DNA of 55,747 nucleotides from Batkoa obscura (Eukaryota): NCBI GenBank assembly GCA_030770535.1, contig JASVEC010000108.1, positions 1 to 55,747 of the forward strand, read 5' to 3'. Shown piece by piece: positions 42,664 to 52,999 of this stretch (position 1 is its first letter; each line of letters starts with the position of its first letter). The notes under the pieces were generated by a model. It saw only the letters and a program-made list of their open reading frames with translations, ran no database searches and was not told where the DNA came from. The position numbers and the translations under genes were made by a program.

Positions 42664-43134
42664 GGGGTTGTCCGGATTGGTTTTATAATTTACTTGGAAG
42701 TTAATTCAAATTTAAAATTTTTAAATCTGTGTCTAATGTGACAATTAAACCTAAAAAGCCTAAAATTAAATGTCTCTATTTAAAACTTATTTTAATTGTT
42801 TCCTTTTCTTGAATAGCTGATTTTCCTAGTTATATTTTTTATGTTATTTCTGTTAGATATTTAATAGATATATAATATATATGATTATATAATTACATAG
42901 ATACAGTTATTTAACATTATTTTTGTTGAAATAAAAGTAAAATCCAAACTTTCATAACTAAACTTCGAAATGGGATTTTTGAAAATTTTAATATAATAGG
43001 GAGGAGCACACAATACAAACATTGTAATTCATTTACGTCAATTTTAGGAGCTACTTATAATAACCCAAGGTTTATGGAATTTTATAATAAAAAAAATAAT
43101 GATAGTAAATATTCATCAGATAATATATATATAT
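42664..43134 (+). mobile_element. Older, internally deleted 5' fragment of the same Sola-like transposon
   Basis: Starts GGGGTTGTCCGGATTGGTTT. Colinear with the left end of copies 1 and 2 but more diverged, start ATG lost, 339-bp internal deletion. Confidence 0.85.
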
Positions 43135-45557
43135 GGGGCTGTCCTAATTGGTTTCAGAATCTACTTAGAAATTAATCCAAATTTAAAATTCCAAGTTTGT
43201 ATTCAATATAACGGTTAAATCTAAAAAGCCTAAAATTAAATGTCTCTATTTAAAACTTATTTTAATTGTTTCCTTTTCTTGAATAGCTAATTTTCCTAAC
43301 TATATATTTTATGTTAGTTCTGTTAGATATTTAACAGATATATAATATATAACTATATAATTATATAATTATATAATTATATAAATACAGTTATTTGACT
43401 TTATTTTTTGTTGAAATAAAAATAAAATGCAAACTTTCATAACTAAACTTCGAAATGGAATTTTTGAAAACTTCAATACAATAAGGGAGGAGTACACAAC
43501 ATAAACATTGTAATTCATTTACATCAATTTTAAGAGCTACTTATAACAACCCAAGGTTCATGGAATTTTATAATAAAACAAAACAAAGAAAAGATATATT
43601 ATCAAAGTTTACTATCGATAACAATAAACTTAATCAAGTAATGTATAAAATTAGTGCTTTAAGGGAAACAGGAAACAAAAACCAGCAAGTAGCGTTATTA
43701 TCAACTATAGCTTCAGTATATTCTTTTGATGAATGTAAGAGTTTTGGGTTTAATATAAATAGAAATCAATATGATTATTCAAAAACAAGTAATAATAATA
43801 AAATATCAACATTAAAGCCTATTATTAAAAATACAAAAAAATTAAAGATGACCAAATTGAAACTATCATACAATATTTACTAAATGATTCAACTATTTCA
43901 TCAATATTTAATAAAAAAAATAACGATAGTAAATATTCATCAGATAATATATATATTAAATAAAAGTAGAAGAATGATCTAAGAGATAAAGCAGTAGCTA
44001 GGTCAACGTTCTTTAAATATATACCAAGTAATTTCAAAAATCCAGCAAGAAAAACGGATCTATGTAATATATGTACCCAGTATACAGTTAGAAAAAAGTT
44101 ATTTGAAAATAAAATAAATACAGCAAAAAACAAAGCAGAGATACAAGAAATTTTCAACGAAGAAGAAAAATTATACAAATTACATAAATTCTGTGTTGAC
44201 ACTCAAAAAAACACATTTAATGAAACTATCAAAAAATTAAATAACAAAAGTTGTATAATAGTTTTAGATTTTAAACAAAATATGGAAATAGGGACAAGAC
44301 CAGATTCAATAAATCTAGATCATTATAATAAACAAGCTATATCAGTATTAGGTTTTGGTGTATTATATTTAAAAGATGATAAAACAATAGGCAAAGTTTA
44401 CTTTGATTATTTATCTGAAATATTGAATCATGATTCAGCATATGCAGGAGATTGTTTAATCGATTTAATCTCTACAGAGCTTCTATTTAAAAAGTTTACA
44501 AAAATTAATATATGGGCAGATACAGGAAATCATTTTAGATCCCAAGAGTTTCTACACTATATGTTTAAAGAAATTCATAAAATAAATAGTAGTTTGAATG
44601 TTAATCTTAATTTTTTTGCTGAGCATCATGGAAAAAGTATAGTTGATGGACATTTTGGAAACCTTTCAAAATGGAAAAGTAGTTTTGAAGCGTTAGGTAA
44701 AATAGAAGATATCGATCAATTAATTTCAAGATTTGAGGCTTTTATTTGCGAGCATAATAAAATTAATAACTCGACTGTTAATAATGGGAAAACAGATATA
44801 ATTTTTAAAAAGTATAAAAGAAACAAAAATACAAAAAGAATAATAGAGATGCAGGGCATTAAGAAGTATTTACATTTTATTAAACATAACAATAAACTAC
44901 ATTGTTATCCAGTATCTGATACATCAAAAAAAAGCGATATAGTTCCAATTAAAGTTATAGAGTCTATAGAAAACAGAAAAATTAAAAGATCAATCCCAGC
45001 TTACCTTACGAAGATAACAGAGAATTTAAAAATTTCGATATTTACTAAGCAAGTAAGTAGTTTGTTGAATGATAGAAATAGATTGCTAAATGTTAAGATT
45101 ACTTAAGTTATTAATAGCTAAGTTAATAAATAGTCAAAGAACAAGTAACTGTAATAATATGTAAAAACTACTATTACTTGTACTATATAGGGATGGTTAA
45201 TTATAGTTTTGGGGCTGACCACTCCCTCCCATGCAGCTATTTATTAACTTGGCAATATATTAATAATGTAATTATAACATTAAAATAGTTTATTTATTTG
45301 ATAATAAATCTACAATGTTGGTTATAAAGCAGTTGGTAGTAAATATTTCTTAATTAAGCTTTATAAGAACATGTATTTAAGATCTAGTAGAAATTCAACT
45401 AACTTACAGTATGAGCTATAATAGAATGATTTAGAACTGTGTTTGGGTACTTTTGTTTTAATAAAAGATGTGATTTTATAGAATTTTAAGCGAAGTTTTT
45501 AAAATACAAAATTTTTCAAAAATTGGATAAAATAATGAAACTAATTCAGACAACCCC
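43135..45557 (+). mobile_element. Sola-like DNA transposon, copy 2 (2423 bp)
   Basis: GGGGCTGTCCTAATTGGTTTCA...TGAAACTAATTCAGACAACCCC with flanks ATAT/TTAT. Differs from copy 1 by an 8-bp repeat unit, +1 and -1 indels and scattered SNPs. Confidence 0.9.
43427..45106 (+). pseudogene. DDD transposase copy 2 (frameshifted N-terminal half, intact catalytic region)
   Basis: Same as copy 1 plus a +1 insertion near 43483 and a -1 deletion near 43840. Retains HHGKSIVDGHFG. Confidence 0.75.
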
Positions 45558-45859
45558 TTATATTTAAAGTCTATAAAAGCATAAGAAAGTCCTGTTGTTA
45601 CTATTTTTATTTAAAAAAGTTATTAAACAAGCAATGTATATAAAATTCTAAGTTTTTTAAGTTCAAAAGCGCAGCTGTCCCTTCTAGAAAGTTGAATGGG
45701 CTTCTTTATTGAGATATTAGCCATGAGTACAAATGATAATTTAGGGGTGAGTTACTCTAGTGGTTGGCTGCTCTCAACCGTTATCCGACTCACCTGAGAA
45801 GCCAAACCTTCGATTCCTTAGGTAGGCTTCGTTCTGAAAGTAAATAAATAAATACAACT

Positions 45860-46705
45860 TTGGGTCTCCTATACAACTTGCAAAAATCTTCATAATCTAG
45901 AAAAAGCTATTGCAACTTCCACATCTTATCATAAAATAAAAACACACTACAACTTGCAGAGATGAATTTTTTTGCTAAAGTCTAAATCTGACGAGCTATC
46001 CCTTCAAATTTAACCCAGTTAAGCAAAACTTTTGATCCAACTTTTTTGGAGAAAAACTTCAATATAAAAATTTCAAACAATTCAGTATTAAAGTAGTTAA
46101 CCATCCTTGGTTATCTTATGAAACAACTTAGAGTTATGGCGCTCAATTCCCACCTTGCTAAGAATCTACAGAAGTGGTTTAATCAAAACTGTTGCTCAAT
46201 TTTATACAAACCTACCTCCCCTCCTCATTCAACTTTCTTAACATGGCCTAAATTCAATTGAGCAGTGAATTTGGTAAAAATGTTTAATTGGGCTTTCTCT
46301 ATCAAAAACAAGATTCATATATACAAACCTGAAGTGGATTTATACTGCCCATATTGTAGTTCACTTGAAGACTCAGTTGAGTATCGATTCTCTACATGCT
46401 TCAGTAGCCAAAACCTGTGGTATCATAACATCTTGGCTATTCATTGTTTCCACATAATTATATATATGATATTGATGATATTGTTGCTTACTTTTCCAAC
46501 TTCCATCCTACCTTCTTATCTTTCTTTTTTACAAAAGAGACTAGTTCCTTTGGCTCAGACCATATTTACTGAATGATGGATCGCTTGAGAATAGGATTTC
46601 AGTTTTGCTGAGCTCCAATTAGTAAAGAACTACAATCGTAGAAATATTATCACGTCTTGGCCATTTAATCCTATTATTTAATTGACTTTATTATATTAAT
46701 AAAGT
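45860..46705 (+). mobile_element. Decayed non-LTR retrotransposon 3' remnant (zf-RVT-like)
   Basis: LYCPYCSSLEDSVEYRFSTC..LW resembles the CxxC..E..H...C knuckle of LINE ORF2. Surrounding frames have stops; AATAAA near 46698. Boundaries approximate. Confidence 0.5.
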
Positions 46706-46971
46706 TGTTATTTGGGATCCATCTCCTTTAAATTAAAAACAACGCATACAGAAGTTCGACTTTGATTAATAAATATAACTATAGTAGCTTCTTAGCAAGT
46801 TAAACTTATTTTTAAAATCAATGGACATTCGAACAAATTAGTTTAACTAGTTTTTAATATTTTGAAAGTTATTATGTAATACAGTGGCCTCCGAATTTGT
46901 TTTAAATTATATTAAATATTTATTAAAAAGAAACAACTTAAGTTTGAACCTATATGATCCACATATTAGTA

Positions 46972-48435
46972 TTAGGCTTTAAAGGCTTTGTCGGTAGCAT
47001 CTACTTCGGCAGATTCTCCATTCATCTCTTCAAGCGATTTGCCTTTACCATCAATACCATATTTGAACCAGAACAAAGACATCAATAAACCTGTAGCTAA
47101 GAAACCAGCAATACATACTGCTGATCCAACAACGTCTCTTTTTCCTTCGGGATCATAAATACCAAGTAAAATATAAGGGGCTACAGCTGCAATGACTCGA
47201 CCAGCAGCTACTGAAACTCCAATACCAGTAGCACGCAAATGGGTTGGGAAGGCTTCAGTGATAGCTGGATATACAGTACCCATAACAGCAAAGTAAGAAA
47301 AGATGTAATAGCAATGCGCACCTTGGATAGCTGCTTTGACATTAGAAGAATAATAAGCTGGAATAAGCACTATAGATGCGATAATGGCATTGGTATAAAC
47401 AATTGGCAAAAGGAATTTTCTACCAATTTTGTCAATCAAATAAGCAGCAACTATATAGGAGGCAATAGAACAAATAGTACCATATAAATATGTCAATGAA
47501 ACGTCACCATCTTTGATATTAGCATTATCGAATACACCTAAAGACATAAGATTGGATTCACCATAATCAGCAAATGCTTGGGATGCGTTCATGATCATAC
47601 CAAATGCACAACGGAATGGGTATTTAACAAATAAACTTTTAACAACAGCAAACCAAGACATCTTTTCATGTGGCTTATAAGCAATCAAATTCTCACATAG
47701 TGGAGTTTCAAATTTGTTATTAGCTTGACCAGAAGACATTTCAATAAATGTAACTACCTCCTCAGCTTCTTGGTAACGAGACTGAGATAATAACCAACGG
47801 GGGGATTCGGGAAGTTTATGCCTTACAATTAAAACAAAAACAGCAGCTAATCCACCAATGGCAAACCCAATTCTCCAATTGTAAGATTTGTCTAAATATT
47901 GTAAAATAGGATATTGGATGGCATTAGCAACTAAAGCACCTACAACCCAAAAACTCATAACAATTGTATTGACTTTACCACGATGCTTCGATGGAATGAA
48001 CTCAGAAATAGTAGAATTTACAGCAGTATATTCAGCACCAACACCAACAGCAGTTAAGAAACGAAATACCAAAAAGAAAGGATAATGGAAGGAAGCGGCG
48101 GTAATACAAGTCATCAAAGAGTAAAATAAAATAGTAACAACAAAAGAAAGCTTTCTTCCAAATCTATCACCGAAATAACCAAAACCTAAAGCACCAACTA
48201 AAGCACCCATTAACCATACGGTAGTAATGGCACCAGCTCCTTGGGCATTGACGTTGAAATATAATTTCAAATTTTTAAGCATAGAAGATACAACAGTAAT
48301 CTCAAAAGAATCAAAGGCCCAACCTACACCAAGGATAATAGTCAACTTTGTGTGCCAAGCACTCCAGTTGAGGTTATCTAAACGTTTAAATAAATGATTT
48401 GGGTCAACTTCATTTCCGATATTTTTATTATCCAT
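46972..48435 (-). CDS. MFS transporter (SV2/NiaP/aromatic acid-like, bacterial-type signature)
   Basis: RLDNLNWSAWH..LGVGWAFDSFE, GDRFGRK, GVGAEY..SEFIP..HRG, LPESPRWL and EAFPTHLRATG. Intronless; first ATG at 48435. Confidence 0.88.
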   Translation of the reverse strand: MDNKNIGNEVDPNHLFKRLDNLNWSAWHTKLTIILGVGWAFDSFEITVVSSMLKNLKLYFNVNAQGAGAITTVWLMGALVGALGFGYFGDRFGRKLSFVVTILFYSLMTCITAASFHYPFFLVFRFLTAVGVGAEYTAVNSTISEFIPSKHRGKVNTIVMSFWVVGALVANAIQYPILQYLDKSYNWRIGFAIGGLAAVFVLIVRHKLPESPRWLLSQSRYQEAEEVVTFIEMSSGQANNKFETPLCENLIAYKPHEKMSWFAVVKSLFVKYPFRCAFGMIMNASQAFADYGESNLMSLGVFDNANIKDGDVSLTYLYGTICSIASYIVAAYLIDKIGRKFLLPIVYTNAIIASIVLIPAYYSSNVKAAIQGAHCYYIFSYFAVMGTVYPAITEAFPTHLRATGIGVSVAAGRVIAAVAPYILLGIYDPEGKRDVVGSAVCIAGFLATGLLMSLFWFKYGIDGKGKSLEEMNGESAEVDATDKAFKA

Positions 48436-48653
48436 ATTGTGTTTGTCTTTGCTATCAAAAAGATAATTTTTCAATGTAGTATTTTTCTATCCTTTTATAT
48501 GTTTTCACTTGATATAGCTTCTGATTTTAATTAATACTCCCATTTCCTTAAATGGAATCGACTTTCTTCAACTTGTTAAGTCCTTTTTTGTGCCTGTGAT
48601 GCATAAGATTCTGATGTTAAACTTTTTTCCAAAATAATACATAACAATCTATA

Positions 48654-48813
48654 TTATTAAAATGACTTTGTCATAAAATAAATGAAAAGCTTTAACAGGG
48701 AAACTTTTAAATTAAAGTGAGCATTTAGGTTGGATGGGGTATTTAATTAGTTAAAGCCAAAGTAGATTTTATGATAAGGAATGATTTATTTTATGACAGA
48801 GTCACTTTAATAA
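48654..48813. repeat. 160-bp element with 30-bp terminal inverted repeats
   Basis: TTATTAAAATGACTTTGTCATAAAATAAAT versus ATTTATTTTATGACAGAGTCACTTTAATAA (2 mismatches). Confidence 0.8.
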
Positions 48814-50583
48814 CAGCTTTTACTATAAAGCAAGAAGTTTCTGCAGTGCAATTTAATCACTTTAATGAGTTGTTTTCTAATTTGAGGATTGAATGAGTTA
48901 TCAATTCTAGGTATGGAATTGAGAACTTCAATACAAATTGGTTACCACTATTTCTTCACATGGAAGATGATTCGATATTTTAGTACATTTACAGGCCTAT
49001 AGCTTATAAATTATTCACTATAAGCTTAGAATTTTTTTTATTCCCTATAATAAAATTATGGTTAAAAATATTATTTTGATAAAATAGGATACTTTTTGAT
49101 TTAACTGAAAAAGAATTACTCTCATCTACTCCTTAATTATCTTGTGGTAATCGAGTAACTTTAATATTAAAAATTCAAGTGAAAAATTAAAAGTATCTTT
49201 TTTGTGTAACTAAATTAAACTTATTATTATGTTAATTAGATCAAGATAATGTATGAACCTTTAAGCTAAAGCTCAATAATGAATTTTTATTTTTTCATTT
49301 TTAGGATATTTTTAGATATTTTAACAATATAAATTATTATGAATCTCAATAATTTATTCTTTTGACATAAATGATGAAAAGGTATATCTCACTTTAAGCC
49401 TCTAATAAATAAACATAGAGAGCGTAAAAATCATTACTAAAAGCAACAATGATATAGGAGATGTAAATAGTTTTCCCGCATTTGATATTCTGCTAAATTT
49501 AAGAACAAATTTTAAGAATACTGATCATAACTAAAAGTAGAATTTTAAGTTTATTATGTTTTATTGGGGTTTTGTTGAGATTCAATTTTTTTACTATTTT
49601 TAACTAAAACAGTTATAAAAGTAAATATGCTACATTAGTTAACAATGCGAAATTTTTTTTGTTTTTTATACAATTATTGAATATATTATAATCTATATTA
49701 ATGTTACAAACACAGCGTTCCATACAAATATTCAAAATCCTTTAGATATTAAAATGATGATTAAGCTTAAGATAGTTGTTAAGCTCAAAGATAGCTTAAA
49801 GGATAATATTGAAAAAACTAATAAATGAATGTATAGATTTCATGTGTTTAATAATAGATAATTTTTATCACACATGAATAATTCAATCTATAAGAATGGG
49901 AATTATAAAAATCAGAAAGAAATAGTATATTGATATTTAACAGAGGAACAACTTATCAATTACAAATATCGATTTGATTGGCATCTAATAGAATAATTTA
50001 TCAAATACAAATATCGATCTACTCCAATTTAACAAAGGTTCTGGGTTCTTGAGGTTCTAATAGTTTTTTAAAAACTATTTCAAATAAATTACATTCAAAT
50101 GAGTGTATATGATAGGCCCAGTATCCATATGTACTTTACAATTCACTGTTTTCAAGGTGATTTTAAAGATACTTATAATAGAATAATCTAGAAACTAAAT
50201 TTCAACTAAAATTCATCATTCAATTTCAAGGCAATATAAATTAGTCAGGTAATATACGGTTAAATCGAAAAGCTGTAGTAAATTCTAATTTTAAATAGTT
50301 AATTATAAGTATGTTTTATAAATATCACAGAAGTTTTTTTAGTGCTCAAAACCTTTTGGATTTTGTCCTCTGTTTACTAAAGTTATTACTTAAACCAGGT
50401 AAGATAAGAAAAAGTCTCAAACTAGTCACTACATTTGAAAAACTGTTCATTTGCTCAAATGGATTAAAATCCTAAAATAACCACAAGAGGAAAACAATTT
50501 AAAAAGAGAGCTAGATAGCAAAAGTTTAAATTATTATAATAATTCATTTATTTTTTTATTTTAAAACTTTAACTGTGACTATT

Positions 50584-50682
50584 GGGAATGTATTTTTATA
50601 TTTAAGAATTTTACTAACAAATTTTCCGCTTAAATAGCGCTTAAAAAATGGAAAAAGTAATGAAGTCAAAAAAAACATCCCC
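50584..50682 (+). mobile_element. ~98-bp MITE
   Basis: GGGAATGT...ACATCCCC; TSD not exact. Confidence 0.85.
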
Positions 50683-51550
50683 ATTATTCTTTATAAATAG
50701 ATTTTAATGCTATAAAATTTTGGTATAAGCGGTTTTGATAGATAATGAATATTTATTATTTTATCAACAAGGGTATTAATATTTGATAATAAGGTTCCCA
50801 CGTCAGCTGTTATTATTAAATGTATTCAAGTCATATGATATAAAGGACTAAAAGGACATTAAACCAACTATATACTTCAGAGTATCTAATAAGTTTAGAT
50901 TATAAAACCCTGAAAGTAATTATTACGATCATTGATAGTCTTTATTATTATATTTTTCAAAATGTACTATATGATAATCTTCACGAATATGTGGTAAATC
51001 GATTAATGGCAGGCATAACCAGTAATAATACTATTGAAGTTTCTATTGTTTTTATAGATCTATAATCAAATTTGGAAAAATATAGCAAAAAGTAAACATG
51101 TGTAAATCTTTTATAGAGATTAAACATCTAGTGTAAAACAAAAACATTTACTTTCTTATAGTGAGCTTTGTAACCCATTGTAAACTTTACATAAAAGTAA
51201 AAAAATAGTTGAGGGGTATCATCAAAGCACAACTGTAAGCTCTAGAATTGTGCAACGTTAAACTAAGATAGGACTCAAACTCATTCAAAGCTTTTTAATT
51301 TTTAGTCTTTTCTATTATTCTTTAATCTTTTTACATCTAATCCCTTTATTATTCCTTAATTGTTTTAGTATTTTAGGACAGGACTGAAGTAAAAATCAGT
51401 TACTGTACCCTGATCTATTGACAAAAGACTCACCTATAAAGCTTTGATATCAAAATACTGTCATTTAGGAACCCATACCTTTTAATTTCAACATATAGGC
51501 AAATTAAAATTTTCATAATTCTTTCAAAAATAAATTGACGTTTTATATAG

Positions 51551-51647
51551 GGGGTTGTATTTTTTTGTTTAAGAATTTTACTGATAATTTCCGCTCAAAT
51601 AACGCTCAAAAAATGGAAAAAGTAATGAAACCAAAAAAAATATTCTC
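51551..51647 (+). mobile_element. ~98-bp MITE
   Basis: GGGGTTGT...ATATTCTC; TSD ATAG/ATAG. Confidence 0.85.
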
Positions 51648-51771
51648 ATAGATTTAAAATTTTGATTCAAACTGATTTTCAATAAATTGAAACCACCAGT
51701 AATATAGAAATAGTTTCTTTTTGCTCGATTTCAAGATTAACCGTATAAGGGTGTTTCTTTGCTCAACATCT

Positions 51772-51868
51772 GGGGATATGTTTTTTTATTTAGGAATTTC
51801 AGTAACAACCTTTCCGCTCGAATAACACTTAAAAAATGGCAAAGTAACGAAATCAAAAAAGCATCCCT
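51772..51868 (+). mobile_element. ~98-bp MITE
   Basis: GGGGATAT...GCATCCCT; TSD ATCT/ATCT. Confidence 0.85.
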
Positions 51869-52346
51869 ATCTATTTAATATTTTTTTCGAAATTTTACGC
51901 TACAGAAAATGATCTAAGAAGTGAAATTGGAAAGTTTTTGTCTTATTTTTAACTGGGCTTTTAAACTTATGAAAACTATTCAATATTTGCGTAAGGGAAG
52001 TATTTAGGAAAACTACCTTTTTTTCACCATTATAAATAATAAGGTAAATGTAAAAAGATTTATATAATATTGTATTTTTTTAAAGGAAAAATTAATTCAG
52101 ATTTGGGCTATACGGTACTGTTATTTGTTTTATTTCAATACATTGAATTTATGTAAATATAAATCTTGTAAATTATTGGGAAATAAATCTTAACATTCCT
52201 TAAATATAATGTTCAATTTTTTCAACACAATTAATAAGAAACTTAAATATAAACTATTTTTTATTGACTTTCATTAATTTATACATTCTTTAATTTTTTA
52301 ATTTTTTAATAAAAGTACAGACTAATTTTTCGCCACTATATTATAT

Positions 52347-52444
52347 GGGGCTGTTTTTTTGGCTTTATTATTTTTTCCATCTTTTAAGCGCTATTTGGGT
52401 GGAAAAATTGTTAGTAAAATTCTTAAATACAGAAATCCATCCCC
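52347..52444 (-). mobile_element. ~98-bp MITE
   Basis: GGGGCTGT...CCATCCCC; TSD ATAT/ATAT. Confidence 0.9.
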
Positions 52445-52676
52445 ATATCATTGTTATTTTCAATTTATAATTTGATAAAGTCTTATAGTAAGCAATATTA
52501 TATAAAGCTTGACAAAAAATATAGAACTCATTAGTGATACTTGAAATTACACTAAAGATAAGATTTGTTTAAAGATTTATTAGAATGTGACCAATCTTAT
52601 TATAGCTCAATGAAAATAATTGTATTAAAAACGTTTGAACAAATTCTTTCAAAAGTATGAATGTAAAAAATAATAT

Positions 52677-52773
52677 GGAGATGTATTTTTGTATTTAAGA
52701 ATTTTACTAACAATTTTTCCACCCAAATAGCGCTTAAAAGATGGAAAAAGTAATGAAGCCAAAAAACACTCTC
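52677..52773 (+). mobile_element. ~98-bp MITE
   Basis: GGAGATGT...ACACTCTC; TSD ATAT/ATAT. Confidence 0.9.
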
Positions 52774-52999
52774 ATATGTTTAATATACTTGTCAACTTAA
52801 AGTTAAAATTCTCAATACCTCAAATTTAAAAATTTATAACACTTGTTAGTTACATACCATTTTAGATAAATTTACTTTTACTCAAATTATACATTATTCT
52901 TGATTATTTATTTTATACTAATTTTTTATTAAAACTTAGCCTATAAAAACAAAACAACAACATTTACCATTATAAACAAAAAAGTGACCCAACTACCAT

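Noticed and set aside
49952..50020. ~20-bp direct repeat TTATCAA(T/A)TACAAATATCGAT
   Set aside because: Only two copies and no associated structure; likely a local duplication.
14429..52773. 98-bp repeats as a CRISPR-like array, or as tRNA/SINE copies
   Set aside because: They are dispersed in both orientations with irregular spacing, carry TIRs and TSDs, and have no A/B boxes, poly(A) tails or cas genes.
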